Positions 19,119-29,453 of a stretch of 64,000 nucleotides of DNA are shown one piece after another. How positions within the stretch are numbered: position 1 is the stretch's first letter; every line of letters begins with the position of its first letter. The stretch is from Minisyncoccota bacterium (GTDB lineage: Bacteria > Patescibacteriota > Minisyncoccia > Phycocordibacterales > UBA9973). Position numbers and translations under genes: made by a program. Below the pieces are notes generated by a model, which worked only from the letters and a program-made list of their open reading frames with translations, was not told where the DNA came from and ran no database searches. The stretch covers positions 9,220-73,219 of the forward strand of contig JBAYKO010000001.1 in assembly GCA_041664605.1 (NCBI GenBank), read 5' to 3'.

Positions 19119-20738
19119 ATGGAAAAAAATAAATTAATTGCAGTTTATGGAAGAGTATCAACTTCAAACCAAGAAAATGAGGGGACTATCGAAACACAAC
19201 TTTCTGCTGTAAATAAATTTACTATGGATAATGGTTTTATTATTGTTAAACAATATATTGATAATGGCTGGTCAGGTGATTCTTTGGCTCGTCCAGCTTT
19301 AGATCAACTTAGAATGGATGCTAAAAATAAAAACTGGGAATCAGTTTTGATTTATGATCCAGACAGATTAGCTCGGCGTGGAGCTTGGCAAGAAGTTGTA
19401 ATAGAAGAGTTAAAGGAACTGGAGATAGATGTTCTTTTTGTTACTATTCCAAAACCCAAAACCGATGAAGACATTATCATGTATAAAATGAGAGGAGTTT
19501 TTACTGAGTATGAAAGAATGAAAATAAAAGAAAGATTTAGACTTGGTAAGGTTCGTAAAGCGAATGAAAATAATATTATTTTAACGGAAGCACCTTATGG
19601 TTATAATTTCATAGTAAAAAAAGGGAAGAGAGGGGATGTTGATTTTAAGCAAGGATACTTGGAGATAAATGAAAGAGAATCACAAATTGTTAAGAATATA
19701 TTTTCTTGGGTAGACGAAGATGGTTTGAGATTGAGAGGCATAGTTAGAAAGCTTCAAAAATTAGGAGTACCTCCTCGCAAAAGTAAGCGTGGCGTTTGGA
19801 ATACAAGTACGTTGAGTACTTTATTAAGAAATAAAACATATATCGGTGAGGGTCATTATGGAGCCTCGTACGCTACCGTACCAGTTAATCCTCTTAAGAA
19901 AGAAACTTACAAAAAGATTAAAAAAACCAGCAGACGAATGAAACCAGAAAGTGAATGGATTAAAATTACTACTCCTAAAATTATTGATGAAGATTTATTT
20001 TATAGAGTTGGAGAAAAGTTAAAATCTAATTTTATAATGTCAGAAAGAAATACTAAGAATGAATATCTTCTTACTGGTAAGATTTGGTGTAATTGTGGAA
20101 AGAGACGAGCTGGAGAAGGCCCACAACGAGGCAAACATCTTTATTACAGATGCACTGATCGAATTAAAAGTTTTCCTTTACAACCTACATGTAAAGAAAA
20201 AGCTTGGAATGCTAGAATTGTGGATCCGTTGGTATGGAAAAAGATTACAGAAATTATGAGTTCTCCTCAATTATTATCTAAACAAGTTGAGCGCTGGATC
20301 AGTAATCAAAATAAAGGGATTTGTACTTCGACTATAAATACTGAAGAAACAAAAAAGGAGATAATTAAACTTGAAGATCAGGAAGATCGATATACTAAAG
20401 CTTATGGTGCCGGCGTAATTACAATCGATCAATTAAAAGAATACATTACTCCTGTTAAGGAAAAGATATTATCTTTTAATAATCAAATAACCAACGCTCA
20501 ATTAGAAAGCCAACAGGTTGATCAAAAAACATTTCCAGAGTTTAGTCAGTTAGAGATCTTTGCCAAAAAGGCTTCAGAGGCTCTTAATAACTTGAATTTT
20601 AACGCCAAAAAAGCCATAATCAGAGGTATTATAGATAAAGTGGTCGGAAACAAACAAGAATTACAAGTTTATGGAAGAATTCCAATAGAATCAAATATCA
20701 ATGTCTTCTCTTTCAATCGGGATTGTGGGATTACCTAA
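19119..20738 (+). CDS. Large serine recombinase (integrase)
   Basis: YGRVSTSNQ catalytic Ser, DRLAR, APYGY, Zn ribbon C.CG...YYRC...C, coiled coil. Confidence 0.95.
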   Translation: MEKNKLIAVYGRVSTSNQENEGTIETQLSAVNKFTMDNGFIIVKQYIDNGWSGDSLARPALDQLRMDAKNKNWESVLIYDPDRLARRGAWQEVVIEELKELEIDVLFVTIPKPKTDEDIIMYKMRGVFTEYERMKIKERFRLGKVRKANENNIILTEAPYGYNFIVKKGKRGDVDFKQGYLEINERESQIVKNIFSWVDEDGLRLRGIVRKLQKLGVPPRKSKRGVWNTSTLSTLLRNKTYIGEGHYGASYATVPVNPLKKETYKKIKKTSRRMKPESEWIKITTPKIIDEDLFYRVGEKLKSNFIMSERNTKNEYLLTGKIWCNCGKRRAGEGPQRGKHLYYRCTDRIKSFPLQPTCKEKAWNARIVDPLVWKKITEIMSSPQLLSKQVERWISNQNKGICTSTINTEETKKEIIKLEDQEDRYTKAYGAGVITIDQLKEYITPVKEKILSFNNQITNAQLESQQVDQKTFPEFSQLEIFAKKASEALNNLNFNAKKAIIRGIIDKVVGNKQELQVYGRIPIESNINVFSFNRDCGIT

Positions 20739-21714
20739 TGTTGGAAAATCCACACTCTTTAATGCATTAACAAAAAAATCTGTACCGGCGGAAAATTATC
20801 CATTCTGTACCATTGATCCATCAGTGGGCATTGTTCCCGTGCCTGATGAAAGATTACAAATCTTATCTCTATTTTCTAAGTCAGTAAAAACAATTCCGGC
20901 TATTATTGAATTCGTTGATATTGCAGGATTAGTTGCTGGTGCGTCAAAAGGAGAGGGACTTGGAAATAAATTTCTTTCTAATATTAGAGAAGTGGATGCA
21001 ATTGCCCATGTGGTTCGTACATTTCAAGATGATTTAGTTATTCATGTTGCAAATAAAATTGATCCATTAAATGATATTGGTGTCATAAATTTAGAATTGA
21101 TTTTATCTGATATGGAAGTTGTTTCTAAAAGAATTGCTAATTTGCAAAAAGATGTAAAAAAGAATGACAAGGAAGCGATTTTAGAAGAAGCCTTTTTAAA
21201 GAGAATTGAAAAAGCACTAGAAGAAGGAAAATTAGCAACTGAAGTTGATTTGACAGATGAAGAAAAATCTAAGATAAAATCTCTGAATCTTTTGAGTTTA
21301 AAACCAATGATTTATGTGATGAATGTTTCTGAGGCGACCGAAAATACTGAAATAGAAATTCCAAAAGAAGCAGATGGAAAAGAAGCAATTTTTGTAAAAA
21401 TTGACCCAGTTTTTGAAAAAGGATTTGATGATTTGATAAAAAAAAGTTATGAGCTTTTAGGACTTGAGACTTACTTTACAACAGGAGAAGATGAGACTAG
21501 AGCTTGGACTATCAAAAAGGGAAGTACAGCACCAATTGCCGGTATGGCGATTCACACAGATTTTCGAGATAAATTTATTCGAGCTGAAGTGGTATATTGG
21601 AAAGATTTAATTGATTCAGGATCATATACAAATGCTCGATCTAAAGGATTAGTAAGAACAGAAGGGAAGGAATATGTGGTAAAAGATGGGGATGTAATTG
21701 AGTTTAAAATATAA
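20701..21714 (+). CDS. ychF: Redox-regulated ATPase YchF (N-terminus supplied by the island)
   Basis: GIVGLPNVGKST, NYPFCTIDP, DIAGLV.GAS.GEGLGNKFL, TGS C-terminus. Confidence 0.97.
   Translation: MSSLSIGIVGLPNVGKSTLFNALTKKSVPAENYPFCTIDPSVGIVPVPDERLQILSLFSKSVKTIPAIIEFVDIAGLVAGASKGEGLGNKFLSNIREVDAIAHVVRTFQDDLVIHVANKIDPLNDIGVINLELILSDMEVVSKRIANLQKDVKKNDKEAILEEAFLKRIEKALEEGKLATEVDLTDEEKSKIKSLNLLSLKPMIYVMNVSEATENTEIEIPKEADGKEAIFVKIDPVFEKGFDDLIKKSYELLGLETYFTTGEDETRAWTIKKGSTAPIAGMAIHTDFRDKFIRAEVVYWKDLIDSGSYTNARSKGLVRTEGKEYVVKDGDVIEFKI
20707..20723 (+). other. attR, core TCAATCGG at 20713-20720
   Basis: 14/17 identity with 4982-4998. Confidence 0.85.
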
Positions 21715-21759
21715 AACCCCCTATAAAAATATAAGGGGTTTTAAAATATCAATATTGTT

Positions 21760-22236
21760 TTACCGGACATTAAAATAGCGGTAATACAATTTTGTAAGAG
21801 CTGGTTCGAACAAGTGATACATTTGTTTTACAATGGAATTTCCGTTGTCAGATAAATAAATTTTATCTTTCAGAACATCTTCGGCTGAAAAGGAGTGCAT
21901 AGATTTTCTTTTCTTTGAATTTAAGATGTCAACAATAATTCCATATTTTCCAAACATATCAATACTTTCTTGTGTTAATCCAATAATAGATAAAAATTCT
22001 TGCTTATCAGTCTCACTGTAAACAGAAGAATATGAATTTTTATTTAACATCTTCTTTGTATCACTTTCAATAAAACCGAGTTTTGAAAGGAATCTTTCCG
22101 GGTCTTCCTCGGTTAATTTTCTCTTTTCTAAATCATGAAGAATTTCCATAATTATGAGAACAGCTTTGATTAGTGGGTGCCGTTGTCCCTGAAAGTTTAG
22201 GAATTTAGCATGTTTTATTAAATTATTACTTAACAT
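21760..22236 (-). CDS. Hypothetical protein
   Basis: 158 aa with own promoter and terminator. Confidence 0.6.
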   Translation of the reverse strand: MLSNNLIKHAKFLNFQGQRHPLIKAVLIIMEILHDLEKRKLTEEDPERFLSKLGFIESDTKKMLNKNSYSSVYSETDKQEFLSIIGLTQESIDMFGKYGIIVDILNSKKRKSMHSFSAEDVLKDKIYLSDNGNSIVKQMYHLFEPALTKLYYRYFNVR

Positions 22237-22350
22237 TTCCTTGTTTTTTAAAATTACTCTAAAACAATTCTATAACATACTTACATAAATGTCAATACAT
22301 ATTAATTATTGTTTCCATCCAAATTTTTAAGGTGATATAATATAAACACT

Positions 22351-23415
22351 ATGGAAAAACAAAAATTAAATGTAGGTTATTTCTTTTTATCAGCCGGAGT
22401 TTTAATTTCTCTTATTGTTTCAGTTACTTCATTTCTTAATCTTGCTTTTGAAGTTTTAAATAAACAATTTCCTGATGTTTTAAATGCGACCTATCAATAT
22501 GGTTACAATACATCTCAATTTGAAGGAATTAGAATCTTCTTGGCAATGCTTATTATAGTATTTCCAACCTTTTTGATTCTTACTTACTTTTGGAAGAAAA
22601 ATGAAAAGAATGGATTAGGAGAATATGACCAAATTCTTCATCGTTGGCTTTCTTATATAGTTATTTTTCTTTCCTCAATCATTATTTTGGTTGATTTAAT
22701 TACTCTAGTCCAATATTTTGTTTCTGGAGGAATTACTATTCGATTTATTTTGAAAGTGCTGATAGCTTTAGCTACGGCCAAAATGATTCTTCTTTATTTC
22801 ACTTCTGAACTTTGGGATCTTAAATTCTGGGGAATTAAATGGAGAAAATGTTTTAGAATATGTTCAACTTATTTCTCAATGATACTTGTCTTGGCACTTA
22901 TTGTTTGGAGTTTTTGTGTGATTGGTAGTCCATTTAAACAAAGACAATTACAACTTGATGAAAAAAGGGTTCAAGATTTACAAAATATTCAAGGGCAAGT
23001 AATTAGTTATTGGCAACAGAAAGAAAAATTACCAGCAAGTATTGATGATCTTAAAAACCCACTTTCTGGATATTCTTTGCCTGTAGATCCAGAGTTTGAA
23101 AAAGGAAAAACTTATGAATATATTGTAACCGACAAAACAAGACTTAAATTTGAAGTTTGTGCTGATTTTTCACTACCTATGCCAAAAGGTTGGCAAGAAT
23201 ACCAAAATTATTACGACAAAGGAATTAGGCCAATGGCGGTTTCTGGAACAGCTGGAATTGATACCACCAATCCTGTAACAAATGAAATTTATCCCATCCC
23301 ATATCCATCTGGAACAAATGATTCATGGGACCACCAAATTGGACGAACTTGTTTTGAAAGAACTATAGACAAAGATCTATACCCTCCTTATCCAAAAGTT
23401 TGGAAAAATCAATAA
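22351..23415 (+). CDS. DUF5671-like membrane protein
   Basis: Multiple TMs, GSPFKQR..LDEKRVQDL. Confidence 0.7.
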   Translation: MEKQKLNVGYFFLSAGVLISLIVSVTSFLNLAFEVLNKQFPDVLNATYQYGYNTSQFEGIRIFLAMLIIVFPTFLILTYFWKKNEKNGLGEYDQILHRWLSYIVIFLSSIIILVDLITLVQYFVSGGITIRFILKVLIALATAKMILLYFTSELWDLKFWGIKWRKCFRICSTYFSMILVLALIVWSFCVIGSPFKQRQLQLDEKRVQDLQNIQGQVISYWQQKEKLPASIDDLKNPLSGYSLPVDPEFEKGKTYEYIVTDKTRLKFEVCADFSLPMPKGWQEYQNYYDKGIRPMAVSGTAGIDTTNPVTNEIYPIPYPSGTNDSWDHQIGRTCFERTIDKDLYPPYPKVWKNQ

Positions 23416-23527
23416 ATAAAAAATACCACTCCGGTCTAGGTCGGAGCGGTATTTTAAAAGTTATAAACATATACGATGTTAAATTTTTAGTATAATTAAA
23501 CTAGAAGAACTTTTAATACTAAAAAAT

Positions 23528-23962
23528 TTGAGAAGGAAATCGAATAAGAAACTTATTGGATTTAATGAGTTTCAGATTAAAGCCGAAAATGGTGGAGTGC
23601 GTCTTGCTATTTTGAAATTAGAAAGCAGACTTCGGAAAGATGTTTTTAATAATTTCTCTATCGGAGAATTAGTTGATTTTTACTTAATGGACTTGGAAAC
23701 AAGGACAAAAGAAGCAATTGTGCGTGCTATAAGTAAAAAACAAAAAACAGATTTTGCTACAATTCTTGTCAAAAATGGTCATTATGAAAGTGTAATGAAT
23801 ATTATTCTACCCATCTTATTAAAGAAGGATAGAGAATTTCTGCACTTTATATGTGAGAAAGAGATAAAATCTGAGACAAGGGATATTATTGTAAGGGAAA
23901 TGTTTTCAGAAGCACAAAAGAGAGGAGGCTCAAATTATATTATAAAAATAAAAACGGCATGA
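23528..23962 (+). CDS. Hypothetical protein
   Basis: 144 aa, TATAAT upstream, terminator downstream. Confidence 0.55.
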   Translation: MRRKSNKKLIGFNEFQIKAENGGVRLAILKLESRLRKDVFNNFSIGELVDFYLMDLETRTKEAIVRAISKKQKTDFATILVKNGHYESVMNIILPILLKKDREFLHFICEKEIKSETRDIIVREMFSEAQKRGGSNYIIKIKTA

Positions 23963-24054
23963 TTATGCCAAGTGTTAACCAAACCCCGTCTTTACGGGGT
24001 TTAAATTTTACTAATTAATTATTTTAAAAAACAAAAACCGCCAACTCTGGCGGT

Positions 24055-24267
24055 TTAAAAAATACTTTCATAAATCAGTTCCAAGGTTAAAATAATCAAA
24101 AAAGATAATCCCATAGTTTCTACATAATAGAAAATAAAATGGGGTATTAAAATTTTTGGAAATGAAAAGCTTAGAACAATCCCTAATATTAAAAGTATTA
24201 ATATTGAGGTTGCGTATTTAACCCTATTTTTGTGAGTGAAGTCCAATATTTTTTTTATTACTCTCAT
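24055..24267 (-). CDS. Small membrane protein
   Basis: 70 aa, two hydrophobic segments. Confidence 0.5.
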   Translation of the reverse strand: MRVIKKILDFTHKNRVKYATSILILLILGIVLSFSFPKILIPHFIFYYVETMGLSFLIILTLELIYESIF

Positions 24268-24400
24268 ACTGAAATATCTAATTTTTTCTAAATAAAATTT
24301 AATATATTACAGTTATTTTGTCAAGCTTAAAGAATTTATTTGAATATCATAAATTATCTATAAAAACAGGGTTATTTTTATGAATAATTTATGATAGAAT

Positions 24401-27301
24401 ATGAATATTATGAAAATCTACGACCATAAAAAAATAGAAAAGAAGTGGCAAAAAGAATGGGAAAAGAAAAAAATTTACCAAACTTCTGATGATATAAAAA
24501 AATCAAAATTTTATATTTTAGATATGTTTCCTTACCCATCAGGCGAAGGGCTTCATGTTGGGCATCCGCGTGGTTATATAGGAACAGATATTTATTCTCG
24601 TTATAAAAGAATGAAAGGTTGTAATGTACTTCATCCGATGGGATGGGATGCTTTTGGTTTACCAGCAGAACAATTTGCTATAAAAAATAAGATTCATCCA
24701 GAAGTTGCTGTTAAAAAAAATATAAAAAGATATAAAGAACAATTATCAATGATCGGTTTTGATTATGATTGGTCAAGAGAAATTAATACAACAGATCCGG
24801 AATATTATAAATGGACACAATGGTGTTTTTTAAAGTTTTACGAAAAAGGTTTAGCTTATGAATCTTCTGAACCAATAAACTGGTGTTCTGTGTGTAAAAC
24901 TGGTTTAGCTAATGAAGACCTAGAGGGAAATACTTGTGAGCGTTGCGGGACTGTTGTTGAAAAAAGACCAATGCGTCAATGGGTTTTAAAGATTACAGAT
25001 TATGCAGAAAGATTACTTGATGACTTAAATGATTTAAATTGGCCAGAATCAATAAAAATTTCTCAAAGAAATTGGATAGGGAAATCAGAAGGATCAGAAA
25101 TTGATTTTAAAATAAAAAATAGTGAACTAAAAATAAAAGTATTTACAACAAGAGCAGATACTTTATTTGGTGCTACTTATTTGGTTTTAGCCCCGGAACA
25201 TAAACTGATTGAAGACTTACGATCAGAAATAATAAATTTTAAAGAAGTTAAAAAATATATTCATGAATCAGAAAATAAATCAGAGATTGAAAGAATGTCA
25301 GAAGACAAAGCAAAGACGGGAATAAAATTAGAAGGAGTTTCGGCGGTCAATCCAGTAAACGGAGAAGAAATTCCAGTTTGGGTGGCTGATTATGTGTTGG
25401 GACATTACGGCACAGGAGCAATTATGGCAGTTCCAGCTCACGATGAAAGAGATTTTTCTTTTGCTCAAAAATATAACATTCCCATTAAAGAAGTTGTTGT
25501 TCCAGAAAGGATTGACAAAAGAAACCCACCTATTACAGGTAAAAATAAAATTGAAAGACAAAATGTTCAGGTTGTTGTTAGGAATCCTAAAGATGGAAAG
25601 ATTCTTTATCTAAGGTCAGATAAACATAACTGGAATACATTTCCCATGGGAGGAATAGAAAAAGGTGAAGATGTTTTAGAAGCCGGAATAAGAGAAGTTT
25701 TAGAAGAAACAGGTTATAAAAATTTAACAAATGGAAAAATTTTAGGAGGGCAAGTTCGTGCGGAATATTTTGCAAGCCATAAAGATGAAAATCGTATATC
25801 TTATACGACCCTAGTTTCCTTCGATTTAATAGATGAAGAAAAAGAGGAAGTTTCAAAAAAAGAAAAAGATGAACATAAACCTCGCTGGGCAGACTTAAAA
25901 GATTTAACTACCACTTTTATGGTTCATGCAGAAATGGATATTTGGCTTGAAAAAATTGCTGGCAAAATTGGAACTTTTAAAGATGAGGGCGTTTTAATTA
26001 ATTCTGGGAAATTTAATGGGATGGAAAGTGTTAAAGCTCAAAAAGAAATTACAGAATTTGTCGGAGGTAAAATTACTACAAAATATAAACTTCAAGATTG
26101 GACTTTTTCGCGACAACGATATTGGGGAGAACCGATTCCACTTATACATTGTGAAAAATGTGGAATTGTTCCTGTTCCTGAAAAAGATCTCCCAGTTTTA
26201 TTACCAAAAGTAAAATCATATGAAGTTTCAGAAACAGGAGAGTCCCCACTTGCAAAAATTGAAAGTTTTGTGAATACAACTTGCCCAAAATGTGGAGGTG
26301 AGGCCAAAAGAGAAACAAATACTATGCCCCAATGGGCCGGTTCTTCATGGTATTATCTTCGCTATATTGATCCAGAAAATAAAAAAGTTTTTGTCGATAA
26401 AGATAAAGAAAAATATTTTTCCCCAGTTGATTTTTATGTTGGGGGGACTGAGCATGCGACAAGACATTTGATCTATGTTCGTTTTTGGCATAAAGTTCTT
26501 TTTGATTTAGGTTTTGTAAATTACAAAGAGCCATTTTTAAAATTAAAAAACCAAGGGTTAATAATTGCATCTGATGGAAGAAAAATGAGTAAGCGTTGGG
26601 GGAATGTGGTTAATCCAGATGAAATGGTAAAAACTTATGGTGCAGACACACTTCGGGTTTACGAAATGTTTATGGGGCCATTTGATCAAATGGTTGCATG
26701 GAACACAGAAAGTGTTATGGGAGCAAGAAGATTTATAGAAAAAATTTGGCGTTTACAAGAAAAAGTTTCTAAAGAAAAAAGTAATCCTGAAATAAAAAAA
26801 CTTTTACATAAAACAATAAAAAAAGTAACTGATGATATTGAGAATATGAGCTATAACACAGCAATATCTTCAATGATGATTTTGGCGGGAGCAATGGAAA
26901 AAGAAGAAAAAATTAATGAAAATGATTATAAAAATTTACTACAGATTTTAGCGCCTTTTGCTCCATATATAACTGAAGAAATTTGGTTTGAATTAGGAAA
27001 TAAGAAAAATATTCATTTAAGTGATTGGCCAGAACATGATAAAAATATAATTATTGATGATAAATTTATAATTGTTATCCAAATAAACGGAAAAGTTAGG
27101 ACTGAAATTGAAATAAATGCAGACGAAACAGAAGAAGAAATAAAAAATAAAACTCTACAAAATGATATTGTAAAAAACTGGCTAAAACTTTCGCAAGGCG
27201 AAGGTTCGCCCGGCCAGAAAACTGGCTTAGGGACAGAAGATAAAGAAATAAAGAAATTTATTTATATCAAAAACAGATTAGTTAATATAGTGACAGGTTA
27301 G
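24401..27301 (+). CDS. leuS: Leucine-tRNA ligase with inserted Nudix domain
   Basis: MFPYPSG.GLHVGH, KMSKR, SRQRYWG; Nudix box at 25649-25717. Confidence 0.97.
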   Translation: MNIMKIYDHKKIEKKWQKEWEKKKIYQTSDDIKKSKFYILDMFPYPSGEGLHVGHPRGYIGTDIYSRYKRMKGCNVLHPMGWDAFGLPAEQFAIKNKIHPEVAVKKNIKRYKEQLSMIGFDYDWSREINTTDPEYYKWTQWCFLKFYEKGLAYESSEPINWCSVCKTGLANEDLEGNTCERCGTVVEKRPMRQWVLKITDYAERLLDDLNDLNWPESIKISQRNWIGKSEGSEIDFKIKNSELKIKVFTTRADTLFGATYLVLAPEHKLIEDLRSEIINFKEVKKYIHESENKSEIERMSEDKAKTGIKLEGVSAVNPVNGEEIPVWVADYVLGHYGTGAIMAVPAHDERDFSFAQKYNIPIKEVVVPERIDKRNPPITGKNKIERQNVQVVVRNPKDGKILYLRSDKHNWNTFPMGGIEKGEDVLEAGIREVLEETGYKNLTNGKILGGQVRAEYFASHKDENRISYTTLVSFDLIDEEKEEVSKKEKDEHKPRWADLKDLTTTFMVHAEMDIWLEKIAGKIGTFKDEGVLINSGKFNGMESVKAQKEITEFVGGKITTKYKLQDWTFSRQRYWGEPIPLIHCEKCGIVPVPEKDLPVLLPKVKSYEVSETGESPLAKIESFVNTTCPKCGGEAKRETNTMPQWAGSSWYYLRYIDPENKKVFVDKDKEKYFSPVDFYVGGTEHATRHLIYVRFWHKVLFDLGFVNYKEPFLKLKNQGLIIASDGRKMSKRWGNVVNPDEMVKTYGADTLRVYEMFMGPFDQMVAWNTESVMGARRFIEKIWRLQEKVSKEKSNPEIKKLLHKTIKKVTDDIENMSYNTAISSMMILAGAMEKEEKINENDYKNLLQILAPFAPYITEEIWFELGNKKNIHLSDWPEHDKNIIIDDKFIIVIQINGKVRTEIEINADETEEEIKNKTLQNDIVKNWLKLSQGEGSPGQKTGLGTEDKEIKKFIYIKNRLVNIVTG

Positions 27302-27403
27302 TTATAAAGTTCATAAAGTTCATAGAGTTATAGAGTTTATAAAGTATTAAGAGTGTAAATTTTTTATGAAATAAAAAATTTACACCAAGATTTTACTTGT
27401 GGG

Positions 27404-29116
27404 ATGGTAAAAAAAATATTAAACATATTTAATAAAGAAACTAGTGGTATAAATGAGGCAGCTTTTTTACTTGGTCTTTTTGCTTTTGTTTCTCAACTGC
27501 TTGGATTATTTAGAGATAGGGCACTGGCTCATTATCTTGGACCATCAAAACCTCTTGATGTTTATTATGCAGCTTTTCGTGTTCCTGATTTTCTTTTTAT
27601 TTCAATAGCTTCAATAGTTTCTATTACGGTTTTAATTCCCTTTTTGATAAATAAATTAAGTAAAGGAGAAGGTGAAGAAAAAAAAGAAGCAAAAAAATTC
27701 TTCAATGATATTTTTACGGCATTCTTTTTTGGGATGATTTTTATTTGTTTTATAGCCTTTCTTTTAATGCCTTATATTGCACCCTACATAGCTCCAGGTT
27801 TTGGCGCGTCAGAATTACATGATTTGGTCGTAGCCAGTAGAATAATGCTTTTGTCCCCAATTTTACTTGGCCTCTCTAACCTTTTTGGAACTATTACCCA
27901 AGTCAATAAAAAGTTCTTAATTTTCTCTCTCAGCCCTGTTTTTTACAACCTAGGTATAATTATCGGAATCTTCTTCTTCTACCCAATTTGGGGCGTTTAT
28001 GGGCTTATAGTGGGGGTTGTTTTTGGTGCATTACTTCATTTACTTATTCAATTACCGATTGCCTTTAAACATGGTTTCCGGCCTAGTTTTTCTAGAAAAA
28101 TAGACTGGGTTCAAATGAAGAAAGTTGTTCTAACTTCTTTTCCAAGAACCATTGCTTTGTCACTTTATAATATTTCTATAATTACAATTATTGCCTTCGC
28201 TTCAACTATTAAAGAGGGTTCAATTTCTATTTTTAATTTTGCTTTCAATCTTGAATCTGTGCCGGTTGGGATAATCGGGATAAGTTATTCTGTGGCAGCT
28301 TTTCCAACACTGGCAAAAACTTTCTCTCTTGGTGATAGGGAAAAATTTGTAAAACAAATTACAGCTTCACTTAAACAAATTATTTTTTGGTCACTACCAG
28401 TTGTATTTTTATTTGTAGTTTTGCGTGCGCAGATAGTCAGAGTGATTTTAGGGTCAGGATCTTTTACTTGGGATGATACAAGACTGACTGCAGCGTGTCT
28501 CGCAATTTTTTCTTTTTCTATTATTGCTCAAAATCTTTTGCAACTTTTCACAAGAGGGTATTATGCGGCAGGAAAAACAAAAAGACCACTTATCATTAAT
28601 CTTATTTTTTATTTTTTAATTATTGCACTTTGTTATATTCTTCTTAGAGCATTTAATAATTTTCCATATTTTAAATATTTTATGGAATCTATTTTAAGGG
28701 TTGAAGATATAAAAGGAACAGCTTTACTTGTATTACCACTTGCTTATACTATTGGGACACTTCTAAATCTCACTGCTATGTGGATTTCATTTAAGAATGA
28801 TTTTTTTAAAGAATTTTCTCTCTCAATTTCTAAAACATTTTTTCAAAGTTTTTCCGCATCTTTTATAATGGGTACAGTGGCTTATCAATTTCTTTCTGTT
28901 TTTGATAATGTTTTTGATATAAATAGATTTTGGGGAGTTTTATTACAAGGACTGTGTTCTGGACTTATTGGAATCATTGTGGGGGTAATAATGTTAAAAC
29001 TTTTGAAAAATGAAGAACTAGAAAGTATAATCAAAACACTCAAAAGTAAGTTTTGGAAAACCAAAATTACAGTTTCACCACAAGATGATTTACAAGGAAT
29101 TTCTGGTAATATATAG
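27404..29116 (+). CDS. murJ: Lipid II flippase MurJ
   Basis: LLGLFRD, YYAAFRVPD, ~14 TMs. Confidence 0.9.
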   Translation: MVKKILNIFNKETSGINEAAFLLGLFAFVSQLLGLFRDRALAHYLGPSKPLDVYYAAFRVPDFLFISIASIVSITVLIPFLINKLSKGEGEEKKEAKKFFNDIFTAFFFGMIFICFIAFLLMPYIAPYIAPGFGASELHDLVVASRIMLLSPILLGLSNLFGTITQVNKKFLIFSLSPVFYNLGIIIGIFFFYPIWGVYGLIVGVVFGALLHLLIQLPIAFKHGFRPSFSRKIDWVQMKKVVLTSFPRTIALSLYNISIITIIAFASTIKEGSISIFNFAFNLESVPVGIIGISYSVAAFPTLAKTFSLGDREKFVKQITASLKQIIFWSLPVVFLFVVLRAQIVRVILGSGSFTWDDTRLTAACLAIFSFSIIAQNLLQLFTRGYYAAGKTKRPLIINLIFYFLIIALCYILLRAFNNFPYFKYFMESILRVEDIKGTALLVLPLAYTIGTLLNLTAMWISFKNDFFKEFSLSISKTFFQSFSASFIMGTVAYQFLSVFDNVFDINRFWGVLLQGLCSGLIGIIVGVIMLKLLKNEELESIIKTLKSKFWKTKITVSPQDDLQGISGNI

Positions 29117-29177
29117 CGTTTGACAAAATTTCCATAAAGGTGTATTTTAAGGGCAGAAAAGATCCTAAAAATATATT

Positions 29178-29453
29178 ATGGGAAAAGTTTACAAACAATG
29201 TAAAAATCGTCAGGAACTTATAGATCATCTTGGTATAGACGAAAAGACCTTTTTAAAAGGTAAAAAAAACGTTTTAAAGATGTTCCGTGGAATAAAAAAC
29301 AAGAAGACTAAAATGTATATTGGTCGTGACACAAAAACAGTTGAGGAATTGATTATCTGTATTGATAATGAAGATTATAATGGAATCGATAATATCATGG
29401 CAGAAATTGAGGCTTGGCCTGAAAAATATGGAGAGACAAAGAATAACGACTAG
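29178..29453 (+). CDS. Hypothetical protein (ORFan cassette)
   Basis: TTGACA promoter, GGCAGAAAA leader, terminator. Confidence 0.6.
   Translation: MGKVYKQCKNRQELIDHLGIDEKTFLKGKKNVLKMFRGIKNKKTKMYIGRDTKTVEELIICIDNEDYNGIDNIMAEIEAWPEKYGETKNND

Larger units (their letters stand above)
4996..20720. mobile_element. ~15.7-kb integrative phage-satellite-like/defence island inserted in ychF
   Basis: att repeats at both ends, serine recombinase at right end, primase-helicase, TerS-like gene, R-M cargo; no recognisable capsid or conjugation genes. Confidence 0.85.
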
